Below, one piece after another: positions 14,946-28,150 of a stretch of DNA of 64,000 nucleotides. How positions within the stretch are numbered: position 1 is the first letter of the stretch; every line of letters begins with the position of its first letter. The translations under genes and the position numbers were made by a program. Below the pieces are notes generated by a model that made no database searches, was not told the origin of the DNA, and saw only the letters and a program-made list of their open reading frames with translations. The stretch covers positions 138,632,001 through 138,696,000 of the forward strand of contig OX597816.1 in assembly GCA_951406725.2 (NCBI GenBank). Reading direction: 5' to 3'. This DNA is from Octopus vulgaris. Its lineage: Eukaryota.

Positions 14946-15004
14946 TATATACGCGTTTCGAGATTAAAGTAATTCAAATTTTACAAACTTCTCTCTTCGG
15001 TATG
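14946..15004 (-). ncRNA. Type-I hammerhead-like motif (U4->C) within a pLTR-type element 14785-15004
   Basis: Minus strand reads AUA-CCGAAGA-GAGA...UCUC-GAAAC-GC-GU-A-UAU, with palindromic stem III ACGCGU. Confidence 0.6.
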
Positions 15005-15017
15005 ATATATATATATA

Positions 15018-15174
15018 TGACATGCTTTTATCAGTTTCCGTCTACCAAATCTGCTCACAAGGCTTTTGTCGGTCTGAGGCTATAGAAAAAGACTCTTACC
15101 CAAGGTGCCACACAGTCGGACTGAGCCCGGATCCATATGGTTGGACACAAGCTCCTTACCACGCAGCCACGCCT
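15018..15174 (-). mobile_element. SINE family A, 5' half, diverged
   Basis: Reverse-complement head sequence ending at the internal (TA)n. Confidence 0.8.
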
Positions 15175-15978
15175 ATACACATTTTTTCGTGCGTGCATAT
15201 AAAGGGGTACGGCATTTAAAACTCATAAATCCCTGTCTTCACTAATATATTCATAACACATGTGTTAGTGTGTGTGTGTGTTTATGTGTGTATATGTACA
15301 ATGTAGAGCTGTATCAAATTCCAGAGTTGGTTATACAAACGAATAAAGGGGGATGGTGAATTAGAAAACATACTGCTGACGTCACCATAACTTGGCGTTG
15401 GTCGTCGGTCGGTTGGTTAGTCAAGCAGCCAGACTAACAGGTATGCGGGCTGGTAAGATTACATAGACATCGACCAACTGAATAACAAACGGACTACTGA
15501 CTACTTACTGCTTGACTTAATTGACACACCCGTTGACAGATTGACAGTGAAACTGACATTTTGACTGACAGATAAATAGAATGATTGACAGATACACTGA
15601 CATACTGATATAGGGAACTTCAGAGATACGTAGGAAGAGACTCACAGAGAAGTTAGGGCAGACAACGGCAGCGTCTGATAATAAAGAATTAAGATAGACA
15701 GGACTGATGATATAAAGATCTTAGAATAGACAGACAGGCAGACAGGCTGACAGACAAGCAGGCGTGTCGAAAAATTTAACTATGTCCAAACGTTCTCAGC
15801 TACACAAACTTACAGGCGCTAACATTCACATTCAAATACGTATGCATACGCACATACATATGTACATACATGAAGCACATATACACACGCACACACAGAT
15901 ATCTACTGTATATATACACACATGCACACGCACGCATATATAGATATATAAATACATTCGTGTGTGTGTATGTATAGA

Positions 15979-16140
<162 letters not shown>

Positions 16141-16379
16141 TGTTTCTTTATTAGCCACACAGGGCTACACACAGACGGGACAAATTGCAAAGTAGAGCTT
16201 TTCTTTTTGGGGAGAAAAAAAAGTGGGGTTGGTTTTCGATCAAAACGGATCGTAAAAAGGAAAGAAAAAAAAAGATAGATAGATAGATATTGGGTGGGTA
16301 TTTATGTGTGTATCATCCTTTATTTGTTTTAGTTATTAAACAGCTGCTAAGGTGAAGCAGTGAAGAATTTTAGACGAAA

Positions 16380-16534
16380 AATCGACCCCAGGACTTATTC
16401 TTTGTAAGCCTAGTACCTATTCTATTGGTATCTTTTTTGCCGAACCGCTAAGTTACGGGGACGTAAACACACCAGCATCGGTTGTCAAGCGACGTTGGGG
16501 GGGGGGGACAAAAACAGACACTCAAACACATACA

Positions 16535-16571
<37 letters not shown>

Positions 16572-16710
16572 GACGGGCTTCTTTCAGTTCCCGTATGCCA
16601 AATCCACTCACAAGGCTTTGGTCGGCCCGAGGCTATAGTAGAAGACACTTGCCCAAGGTGCCACGCAGTGGGACTGAACCCGGAACCACGTGGTTCGCAA
16701 GCAAGCTCAC
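16380..16710 (-). mobile_element. SINE family A
   Basis: Reverse-complement match to the family. Confidence 0.88.
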
Positions 16711-16783
16711 TATTATTATTACACACGTGTCGAAACGAGGAAGCAAGCCAACAGAAATTTGTAAACATTTAGTTATCCCCGTA

Positions 16784-16832
16784 TCGGCTCGATTTCTGGA
16801 TTAATCCAAAACAATTTTTCCTTCATCAGCGA
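16784..16832 (-). ncRNA. Degenerate type-I hammerhead motif
   Basis: Minus strand reads UCG-CUGAUGA-AGGA...UCCA-GAAAUCGA-G-C-CGA. The U16.1 position reads G. Confidence 0.5.
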
Positions 16833-16991
16833 GGAATACTGAAAATGAAAATAAAAGGAATACTTACACATAGCGACGGAAAAGCAGACGCAATGACACG
16901 TATACACATAAGTACCCCAAATATATCCAAATAGAAATTCTGTAGCAAGCCTCGACATGCGGGCACCCAGTCAGGAATACCACGAATGAGG

Positions 16992-17519
16992 TTATTATTA
17001 TTGAGGAGAGAGCAGTGCATGCTCAAAGTGACACTGGGGTAAAATATACGAAACCCAGTATACACATCATGACTACCCGTCTGATAAGGGTAGACCAGGC
17101 ACATGCATCACAACCATATGTGCACGACATGGTGATCCCATATCAAGATTAACAGCACATGACCTTGCAGATGGGGTAGCGCATCCTGTTCAAATGGCCA
17201 TTGAATAAGGCCTGTTTTAGGATGTTCAATGAAACACCCATGTTTCCAAAGGTGAATTATCTAAACCCCATAGAATTTCTCTCAACACGAGGCTATAATG
17301 CCCACCCCCACTACTTCTGCTTATGCTCAGAGATGCACATATCGTAAGCCACTAAAGGACATGCTCAACTGGTTAACGTCAAACAACTGACAAGCAAATC
17401 TGTCGTACTGAGCAGAATATTTTCTGTAGCCCATCTTTTATACCAAGATAAAACAATGTAGATGATAAAAATTTCAATCAGTTAAGATGAGAAGCAATGA
17501 GAGCCACTGCCTGGTGGGC

Positions 17520-17520
<1 letters not shown>
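16992..17520 (-). mobile_element. Unclassified interspersed element with an (AAT)n-like end
   Basis: Higher-GC block bounded by (TTA)n tracts. Class not recognised and only one copy is in the window. Confidence 0.3.
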
Positions 17521-17579
<59 letters not shown>

Positions 17580-17583
<4 letters not shown>

Positions 17584-17822
17584 TCTCTTTCATTCATCTT
17601 CTTTTTTCCAGTTGGACTGTTGAACTCAGTAGTTTTTTTTTTATCTCTCCGTTTTTTTTTTCTTCATTCTCTCTCCATTTTTTTCCTCGTAATCCTTTCT
17701 GTCGAAGAGCGTAGGCTCGAAACATACAAAACTCTTCCATTTTTTCCCGAGCGCTAAACTAATACACCTGCTTGTTGTTACTACATCTGTCTTCGTCTTT
17801 TGCTTTCTGCAAATTTGCACTA
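17580..17822 (+). mobile_element. Family H1 pLTR-type element with degenerate hammerhead motif (17695-17730)
   Basis: CTTTCTGTCGAAGAGCGTAGGCTCGAAACATA. Downstream CCGAGCG...AATAC homologous to the 6851 and 23383 copies. Confidence 0.6.
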
Positions 17823-17849
17823 CATACATACATATATATATATTTACAT

Positions 17850-18008
17850 TTGCAGCGCGGAAGATGTTTGTAAGGCATTTAAAAATGCACACACGCACAA
17901 AAAAAGCCGTTAGATATTTGACACAAATTAAATCTAAATGTTGAAGTGAGTCTAACAGTCTTTTGTGTGCTTTTAAATGGCTTACAAACATCTTCCACGA
18001 CGCTGCAA
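17850..18008. repeat. Foldback/MITE-like inverted repeat (~60-bp arms)
   Basis: TTGCAGCG.GGAAGATGTTTGTAAGGCATTTAAAA pairs with TTTTAAATGGCTTACAAACATCTTCC...CGCTGCAA. Confidence 0.75.
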
Positions 18009-18068
18009 TTGTTTTTGTTTCAGCACACGATCTCAGATCAATTCACTTACTATGCAAGTACATCGCCG

Positions 18069-18137
<69 letters not shown>

Positions 18138-18860
18138 ACAGGAAAATAGCTAAAAGCTATAGTATTATAAGTTTGATATGAAATACGTCATAAAAGTAAC
18201 AAGACGGCATGAAAGAGACAACGTGTAAGGTAGAAAGAACAAAACCACACGTGATAACGTAGCATTGATGGCGGGTAGATTTGTAGGAAGAAGCTATGTA
18301 TCCTTATACGTTTAAGCCTTGCCTCTGAGCAGTGACATTTTTCAAGAACACTTCATCAAATGGAGATAGAACTTTCACAGGAACGACTGCCATTTGTGAA
18401 TGATAAATGTATCGTTATATATGCATATTGCTATAAGATAACAGATTGTAGATTGTGGCTTTTGAATAGAGAATATCAGTGAATCTCTTTATAATAGAAG
18501 GCGTTTAATGATGTATGTATGTGCGTGCGTGAGAGGTAGACAGACAAACAGAAAGAGACAGACAGGCAAACAGGGACTGTGAGAGAGAAAGTATGTATGT
18601 ATATGTTTCTATGTGTGAGTGAGCATTTACGTATGCGTATGAGTATGTAATAGTATGGCTGAGTGTGTGGTGCCTGCGTGTGTTGACGTATATCTGTGTA
18701 TACCTATATTTACAGGATACAGAAATTTATATAGAATAAAAAGTTTTGAATGGTACAACAATGCACTATAATACAAACAATGGGCTATATACCGGTTGTA
18801 ATTTAGTCTATGCGCAGCGTATAATAATATATCTAAGTATATATATATATATATATATAT

Positions 18861-18946
<86 letters not shown>

Positions 18947-19112
18947 TTCTTTACTACCCACAAGAGGCTAAACATAGAGGGGACAAACAAGGACAAAGGG
19001 ATTAAATCGATTACATCGACCCCAGTGCGAAACTGGTACTTTATTTATCAGATAGATGGATGGATGGATGGATGGATAGATAGATATATACATACATACA
19101 TACATACATACA

Positions 19113-19145
<33 letters not shown>

Positions 19146-19579
19146 GAAGGTAACTTCCGTATCAACATAACACCAATGTAATCACCCCCGCCTTCACCAT
19201 TAACAACGTTATCAAATATTAAAGCAATTTCATTTATATATATTATAATTATGCCAAAGCTCGTCAACGCAACAGCACCACCATATTATCAATCACATCC
19301 CTCGTGCTGTACGGAACATTATTGTTCTCAAAAGAGACAATATTGCATTGAAACCATAGCCATCACAATCTAAAACAATAGCTTTGATATAAGGCCAGCA
19401 ATATTAATGGACTTGAGTAAGTCAATTACATCAACCCAGGTGTGCAACTGGTACTTGTATTATCGGCGACGAAAACACGGATGGAAATGTTAATCGTGAC
19501 CGCATCTGAACCCAGAACGCAAAGAGGCAGAAGAAATACCACTAAGTACTTAGTCCGACACCTTAACGATACATCTAAG

Positions 19580-20320
19580 CAACCATCACCAACAAAAACC
19601 TCCACCAACAATAGTCCTTGCTATCAAGGAGATTTTACATGAACGCAAGAGTCGCTTGAAATAGCAACCCAATTTCTCCCAAATCTAACCCTACTTTCCT
19701 AAGATAATTTAAAGTAATTGTCACGGTTGAACTATAGATCTGATTGATCTTTGTGACTATGGGTCTACTTAACTCAATCAAGAATTATCTGAGGTTTTGA
19801 TATTAAACCTGAACTGCTGTCATCATCAGAACCTCTGCTATCACCAACCCTTTCCAGTCAAGGAGCTTTTAATTGAGTGCACGAGCTGCTTGAAATAGCA
19901 ACCAAAGTTACTCTAAATCTGACCCTACCATCTCAATAAAACAGAAACAGATAACTTTGAGTGTCACGGTTGCACAATATATGTGCTTGATCGTTGATGA
20001 CTATAAGTCTATTCAACTAGATCCGGGGTGATCTAAAGTTAAACGTCACCATCGATAGTGATTGCTATTGAGCCAAGAACTATCTGAATTGCTGACACCA
20101 ACAGAACTTCCGCCAAGGACAGTCCTTCCAGTCAGAGAGTCTTTATGTGGTTGTTGAAGCTGCTTGACATAGTCAGCCAAATTTCCCTCAAATCTAAACC
20201 CTACATTCTCAATAAAAGGAAAACATCTAATTTTAAGAGATTGTCACGTTTGGACTACAGATTTTCTTCGTCTTTGGTGACTCGATCAGGAATATTGACC
20301 TGAGGTTAAACAACTCCAGC
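19580..20320 (+). repeat. Three diverged tandem copies of a ~240-270 bp unit
   Basis: GCTTGA(A/C)ATAG...AAATCT.ACCCTAC...TGTCACG recurs at ~19653, ~19888 and ~20162. Confidence 0.75.
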
Positions 20321-21250
20321 TATTGACATGGAACCAAAAGCACCACCGCCACTTACTTACGCCTTTCTTAACATTACCACGAAAACCAAAGCAACAAGCA
20401 CCACCACCAACACTACCACCGCCGCCGCTGCCGTCAATACTAACACCACCACCACCACCACCACCTCCATCACAACTACTAACGCCACCACTAACACTGC
20501 AGCCATCACCACCACCACCACCACCAATACTCATCATCACCATCACCAGCATTTCTGTTAGCGAATGTTCAGGCTGCCATTTTCCTTCCCATGAGTCCCT
20601 TTATTCCACCCCACCCCCCAAATCTCACGCAACCCACCCTCACTCACAACCCTAAACCTTTTCTTACTTTTTCACTTCACTTCATTTCTTCTCTCCCCTC
20701 AATCCTTACCCCGTCACAACACCTTCCTCTTCTCCTTTCCCCAATACTCTCCACCTCATCCCAACATAGGCTATCCATTTATCTACCCTGTAATCGATCT
20801 TCTTAACGATTTGCTAAAGCTCTGTGAAGACGTACTTCTCTCCCCCTCCCTCTCTCTCTCTCTCACTCCCTATCTCTTACTTTTCCTCTCGCTCTCATTC
20901 TCTCAATCTCTCTCACTCGTTCTGGCTCTCCCCCTCTCTTTCTCTCTCACTCACTCTCTTTGCGTTTCTTTACCGTTCGTATGCCTGCTTGTATGTGAGT
21001 ATTTTACGTAAGTGTATCCATACGTGTATGTATACGCGTGTATGTTTTTATGCATACGTGCGTGCATGTGTTTATGTGCATGTGTGTGTATGGGTACATG
21101 CGTGATGTAATACAAAACAGCGTTTGCATGTGTATGTTTGTGGCTACGCATATTTGTATGCATGTGTGTGTTTGAGAGTGTGTGTGTGTGTGCGCGCGCT
21201 ATCGTTCGAGTGTGTTCCCGTGTGTAGGCCCATTTGATGGTGTAAGTGTA

Positions 21251-21295
<45 letters not shown>

Positions 21296-21327
21296 TGTAT
21301 ATATATATATATATATATATATTTACA

Positions 21328-21371
<44 letters not shown>

Positions 21372-21420
21372 TATACAGATATATATATATATATACATAT
21401 ACAAACATACATATATATGT

Positions 21421-21467
<47 letters not shown>

Positions 21468-21558
21468 TTGCACGCACATATACAAACACACTCACACACA
21501 CACACGCGCGCACACACATATATGTATGTATATTTGAGCACGCTCGAATGCGTGTGTA

Positions 21559-21620
<62 letters not shown>

Positions 21621-21890
21621 TGTGTGCGTGCATACATAAGATGGTTTCATGCAAGTGTTTGCGTAAACTTTTAAGCGTGTGTAAAAACGTATGTAAACGT
21701 ATGTTCCGCTATACCAATGATTGTCTACAAGGTATTATCTTAGAAGAAAAGAGAGAGAGAGAGAGAAAAAAAAATGGGAAAATGAGGAGGGGTAGGCGAG
21801 GGAAGGACGGCGAAAGAGAGAGAATGTCGTGCAGATATGATAGATTAGTTCGGGCCCTACTAGAGAGGAACAGTTCAATAATGTGGCAGA

Positions 21891-22002
<112 letters not shown>

Positions 22003-22330
22003 TGTATGTATGTATGTATGTATATGTCTGTCTCTATACTAGAATTTTTATGGCTTCTAATCTTACACAACGCGACAGCTACCTACCAACGCCAAGCTTT
22101 TGCATATATTCTCCATAATATTATATTTATCGACTTAACAACATCTTAATGTTCTCCTGCCGTGTTGCATTCTATGTTTCAATACAATTGTTATGACTAG
22201 AGATGCCGGAGCAGAGCAGAGGGCAAGGCCGGGGTATGGGCAATTCATCTTTCGAATTTCTTGTATTATTGGAGACGTGAAGGGTGTACGCGTGTGTGTA
22301 TATGTCTATGTGTGTATGTGAGTAGCATAT

Positions 22331-22368
<38 letters not shown>

Positions 22369-23324
22369 ATGTGTATAAAATGGAATTGTTACAACCACAC
22401 AGTATGTGCGTGAATATATGCAGGTACCTATGTAATTTTGTGTGCATTCATGTAAGTATGAATGTATGTGTATGTGTGTGTGAGTCTGTCTGCGTATATA
22501 CATACATATATACATACATATATACATGCACACACATATACACACACATACATCCACAGAGAGAGAGAGAGAAAGAGTGGTATAGAGAGAGACAGAAAGG
22601 AAGAAAGACACATACAGAAACGGGAGAAAGAGAGATAGTTATAGAGATGCACCGATAAGTAGGAACGCAAGCGAGTAGAGTATACGACATACCCACAGAT
22701 TAGGAGTGCATTACATAGAACAATTCTATACGGTCATATCGTGGACACCGAGAGGAGTACATCTACCAGAGTATCAAGATACTAATAGACTACCCCCACT
22801 AGAACACCTAACATATTTCGGGATGCTGAACTTTGGTGAGAGATTACAAACCAGAGGTTTAACTCCTCCACACCTATTATATGAAACCCAGGGCTTCCAA
22901 ATATATTTTTCCCAAGAACTCGGCTTTATTTCTCAATAATAAGATAAGCATACATATAGCGGATTTAATTAGGATAATGAACAACGTACACCCCAGTGAA
23001 AGCCCTACGAAATAAAGAGACATCCATAAGGACTTTATGCACTGTATGTAGTTCTCTGGCTACAAGTAGGGACATGAGGTCTGAGAGATCTATCTCCTGG
23101 AACATCTATCACCTGGAACATGGTTTCTGACTTTTTTATGACTTTTTTTAGCAAAAAAGTCAGAAACCATGGTCCAGGAGATAGATGGTAAATGTTTTTA
23201 TTTTTCATTTCCTTCGAAGTTTTATCCCTAATAGTGGTTTGGACTTTGGCTTTTCCTTCTAGCGTGCCAGGAATCCTATGACGGATACGTCTTACCTGTT
23301 TAAATATACACTGTATTTATATGC

Positions 23325-23382
<58 letters not shown>

Positions 23383-23384
<2 letters not shown>

Positions 23385-23513
23385 GGGAAGGTTTACGAAA
23401 ATAAACAAAAGACGAAGGCAGGTGGAGTAGAAGCGAACAATGTATTAGTATGGCGCTCAGGAATAGAAATAAAACAAGTCTTTTACGTTTCGAGCCTATG
23501 CTCTTCGACAGAA

Positions 23514-23515
<2 letters not shown>
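23383..23515 (-). mobile_element. Family H1 pLTR-type element with hammerhead-like motif (23480-23515), between (TA)n tracts
   Basis: Minus strand reads CUUU-CUGUCGA-A-GAGC-AUAG-GCUC-GAAAC-GU-A-AAAG. Confidence 0.65.
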
Positions 23516-23548
<33 letters not shown>

Positions 23549-23549
<1 letters not shown>

Positions 23550-23765
23550 GAGGGTGTGCTGAAAAGTTCCCGGTTTTAAGGGTATCACGAAAAGCGTGGC
23601 TGGAGGCACAACCTTCGGAGATCTTTTACAAGGCTTGGAAGAACTAAAGGAACTGCTGCAATAGGTGTGTGAATCTGAGAGGGAAATATGTTCAATAAAG
23701 TCATAATAAACTGATGCTCCTGTATTTTCTTTCATCCAAAGCCAGTAACTTTTCAGCACCCCTCG
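23549..23765 (+). mobile_element. Mariner-type internally deleted transposon (MITE)
   Basis: TIRs CGAGGG.(T)GTGCTGAAAAGTT, TA on both sides, and a transposase C-terminal remnant (CNRCVNLRGKYVQ*). Confidence 0.85.
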
Positions 23766-23906
23766 TATACATGCGTGCTTCTGTATGGGTGGATAGGCAT
23801 ATATATGTATGTTTGTATGTATGTATGTATGTATGTATGTATGTATGTATGTATGTATGTATGTATGTATGTATGTATGTATGTATGTATGTATGTATGT
23901 ATGTCA

Positions 23907-24370
23907 GGTCACTTTCGAGTGTTACTGGTAACATGTAACCCAGTACAACTTGTTGCATGGTCGGGCCGTCGGCGACTAAACCGGCAACCCCACCAAGCTT
24001 GCTTGGTGAGGAGGGTGATTATTGAACACCCTGCGGGATGAAAAACAAAACCCGTCAAAGGGCGGAGGAACTCTTGAGAGCTAACGGCCATCCGATAAAT
24101 GTGTAGTTTTTTTCTCTTACGGCTTAAGGCTGTACCATGCATGGAGACATAGAAATAATCGGACTGAATACCCGATCGCGCGGTTAAACCATTGGGAGTG
24201 AAGGACTCCTAGCTTTTGTTAGGGCATCCTTCTAGGAGAAGGTAACTCAGGTAACTGGGATAACTCCGACATAAAACCTGCGGCTCAGCGGTTACTGATG
24301 ATGTTGACTTGTTCTTCTTTTCGGATTATGGCTGCTGTTGCTTAGTGAGTGGGATTGACTCAGTGCACAG
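23907..24370 (+). mobile_element. RTE-like LINE 5' UTR fragment
   Basis: GGGCATCCTTCTAGGAGAAGGTAACTC...TAAAACC resembles RTE 5' UTRs. Begins with an HDV-like fold. Confidence 0.5.
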
Positions 24371-25188
24371 CCTTTTCTCACTTTAAAAAAATATTCTTGC
24401 ACAGGCATTGCACGATAACAACATTGTTCATGATTGTTGATGGTGCTGTGAGTCTCAACTGAATGGTTGGCTGTAGCCTTAAAAAGCAAATAAAAGTCAC
24501 ATTCGATCACAGCACCAATAACAGTTAAGCTTCGTGCAATGGCCATACTCGATAACGAGGGGGCAACCATCATGTATGTATGTAAGGATAAGAATGATAG
24601 CAGGAGGCAAGGAAATCCATACAAATAAACACATATGATTATGAACAATTCAAGAGTACAACTATACATGACTAGGGGCGCGCACGTTCACGTATGTAGC
24701 TATATGTGGTATGTATTGGCTTGTATTAGAATGACAGCTGGATACAAGAAAATCTATACAAATAAATACATATATTTATAAACCATTCTAAAACATAACC
24801 ATACACGTACACGCACGTAAAAACGCCCACACGAGAACATGACCTCACACATATCGACGCGCACTCACACATGCATACACGTACACATACATACATACAC
24901 GTACGGGCGAACGCGTACACATACGCAAGCTCACACACGTACACAGGGATACATAAGCGCACATACAGACATATACAAAGGTGCTTAGCTATTTAAAAAT
25001 AAAACGGCTACACTGCACGCACACACACATACACACTGAAAGTCTCACACAACACTCTGACATTCACATACACACATACGAACACATGCACTCACTCACA
25101 GAACCGACAAAACCATAAAAGCATGCACACTAGACCACATACTTTCGAGCACGAACACATACGCACTCACACAATATACATACATGAA

Positions 25189-25419
25189 GGCGGCGAGCTG
25201 GCAGAAACGTTAGCACGCCGGGCGAAATGCGTAGCCGTATTTCGTCTGCCGTTACGTTCTGAGTTCGAATTCCGCCGAGGTCGACTTTGCCTTTTATCCT
25301 TTCGAGGTCGATTAAATAAGTACCAGTTACGCACTGAGGTCGGTATAATCGACTAAATCCGTTTGTCTGTGTTTGTTTGTACCCTCTATGTGTAGCCCCT
25401 TGTGGGCAGTAGAGAAATA
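25189..25419 (+). mobile_element. SINE family B, full length, with TSD
   Basis: ATATACATACATG on both sides. The central GCCTTTTATCCTTTCGAGGTCGAT.AAATAAGTACCAG resembles the conserved Meta/Sauria-type SINE domain (from memory). Confidence 0.92.
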
Positions 25420-25799
25420 ACATATACATACATGTGCGTGCGCGTGCGCATACACTCACACACACAAAGACACACACGCACACACTTGCATGCACAGGTT
25501 CGGAAGTGAGCACACGCACACAAACATACAGACACGCATAAACACACACACACACACGCACATCCTGTTCTCCCTCTCCAACACACACGAGACTACACCA
25601 ATAAACCTTTACGGGATGACAAGCAAACCCCAGCAGATATGAAATCGAACTGACCAAGAACAAAACGGCCAAGCCACTGAAGTGGTCACGGATAGTCAAT
25701 GCGCATACACTCACAAGCTCACAAACCTACAGACAAACTTACATCAATAACTTCACACACACGCACGCGCACACACACACACGTACACATGTATATGTG

Positions 25800-26010
25800 T
25801 GTGTGTGTGTGTCTGTGTTTGTCCCCAACCCACCACTTGACAACCGATGTTGGTGTGTTTACGTCCCAGAAACTTAACGGTTCACCAAGAGAGACCTATA
25901 GAACAAGTACTAGGCTTACAAAGAATAAGTCCTAGGGTCGATTTCTACGTCTAAAGGCGGTACTCCAGCATGACCGCAGTCAAATGACTGAAACAAGTAA
26001 GAGAATAAAA
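25800..26010 (+). mobile_element. SINE family A, 3' half
   Basis: TTGACAACCGATG...GGCGGTACTCCAGCATG...CAAATGACTGAAACAAG. Confidence 0.85.
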
Positions 26011-26335
26011 GGAGAACAGAATATTCTGTTCCATTGCTTACCCCAATATCTAGGGCGGGTTTCACTAACGTCCTTGCTTATGATATTACTCTCACACTTC
26101 CCATATCTTGTAAGTAACCATGCATCTACATACACAGAGGCAAGCATGCATACACACAGGTATAGGACCAACTCTCAGACAGACGCAAAGTAGACCTCGC
26201 AAAGAGAGAGACAGTAAGTCATTGATGAGGTCGCGAGGAGCGACGAAAGGACATTGACAAAAAGGCAAAGCGATTGATTGTCAAACCAGCACATTAAACA
26301 AACCATTGATTAGTTAGTTGGTTAGATATTTGTTA

Positions 26336-28150
26336 TTATTATCATCATCATCATTGCCTTTGCACAGCTTCTAACGATGGGGGTGTACTACGGTGTCAGC
26401 TGTTCACTACCAGTGAACTATGGTAACACGTCTTATTTTTCGAGCACCTTCCGGAGTATTCGAGCGGTTCTAAGCAGTGTTGTTTTCTGCAAGTGCTCCA
26501 CCCTTGTTGCAGCCCCTATTTGTTCCACGGACTTCTCGAGATTTTTACTCACTGTTCCCAGGGTTCCGACAATTATTGATACTACTGCTACCTTTTTGAT
26601 CGACCACAACTGCTTAACTTCCCAAGCTAATCTGTCATATCTCTCACTTTTCTTTCTTCTTTATCGCATACCTTGTTGTCAGCTGGGCATGCTAAACTGT
26701 GATCCAGTATATTTTGTTTTCTTTCTCAGTTAAGACTATGTATAGTTTGTTTTCTTTCTCAGTTAAGACTATGTCTATCTTCCTAATCTGTATCTCATGC
26801 TCGCACTGAATCATGAAATCCTATAGGATCTTCGCATTTCTATTTTCGACGATACCTTCAGGTTTGTGGTCGTACCAATTTTTTTCTCTGTCAAATCCAT
26901 ACTTGTTGCAAAGTTCAATGGCCAAGCCTGCCTATATAGTCGTGGCGTCTCTTATATTCCTTCTGGGCTTGTGACGTACATTGGCTGGTAATATGCCATA
27001 CGGTTTCACCGTTTTGTCCACAGATTCTGCACTTATCACTTTCTGCTGTGTTGTCTATTCTGTACTTTATGTAGTTTGTTCTTAGCGCTTGCTCTTGGGC
27101 AGCATAGATTAGAGTCTCCGTTTCCGGTTTAAATCACTTTTAGTCATCCACAGCCATTTTTTTCTCTGTCTGTCTTATCTTCAACATCCCTATGAAATTG
27201 TCCACGCATTCTTTACTCACCTATTTTCAGTTTCATTCATTTACACTTTCTTGTATAGTGCTTTAACTTTGCAATCTTTCATCCTATACAAGCCTGACAT
27301 TCTTCTAATAATAGCGGTTCTGTAGCATTTTTTACATACCATGCTATGTTGTTTTCTTCTGCTCTAATGCTGTGTTCGCATCCAGTAAGTCCTCTTCCCC
27401 CTCTTTTTCCTGGTACATACAGTCTGTCTGTGACACTTTTTGGGTCGAGTGACCCATATCTAGTTAGCAACTTCCTTGTCTTTCTCTCTAAGCTGCTTAG
27501 TTCGTCTACTGTCCATGCAATTACCCCTGCTCCATGTCTAAGGAGTGAAACCACCCAGGTGTTGATAGCTTCTATCTTATTCCGTCCGTTTAATTTCGAC
27601 TTAAGTATCAGTCTCAGTCTGCGCAAGTACTCTACCTTAATTTTTTCTGTCATTTCTTTCTCCATCAATTTATCCATTTCCCAAATCCCCAAGTACTTAT
27701 AGCCCGTCTCTTCTATCTGCTTCATACCCTCCCCTGACGGTATCGTAAGCCCGTCCATACATTTGATTTTGCTTCTCTTCAAGACTAACACGCTACGCTT
27801 TCTCAGTCCGAACTCCATTCTGATATCAGCACCGAAGGTAAACACCATATCAATGAGGGTACTGACTTGGGCTTCATCTTTACCATAAAGTTTGAGGTCA
27901 TCCATGAATAACAAATGGTTGACTTTTTGCTAGCGGCTTTTGAATACATACCCTGCTTTTGCTTTCCTCAGAATTAGTGTTAGTGGTATCAAGCACAGTA
28001 CAAAGATCGGTGGGGACAGGCAGTTCCCTTGGAAGATGCTCCTCCTAATTTCTACTGTCTCAAAACTTCTTCCATATGCTGTCAAGTCCGTCCTCCAATT
28101 TGCCATACTTTTTCCCAAGCAATCGTTCAACATTCGATGCAATACCAAAT
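26336..28150 (-). mobile_element. R4/Dong-clade non-LTR retrotransposon, 5'-truncated and degenerate (RT plus C-terminal CCHC/REL region)
   Basis: IRRSIFQGNCLSP, HLLFMDDLKLYGK, MEFGLRK, YKYLG, KLNGRNKIEAINT, DRLYVPGKRGGRGL, CRICGQNGETVWHI, RRHD, LQKTTLLRTARILRKVL. Ends in an (ATG/ATA)n tail. Confidence 0.88.

Noticed and set aside
15380-15770. Cluster of TGACAG / TGATTGACAG (MEIS/PBX-like) sites
   Set aside because: Most simply a decayed (GACA/GACT)n microsatellite.
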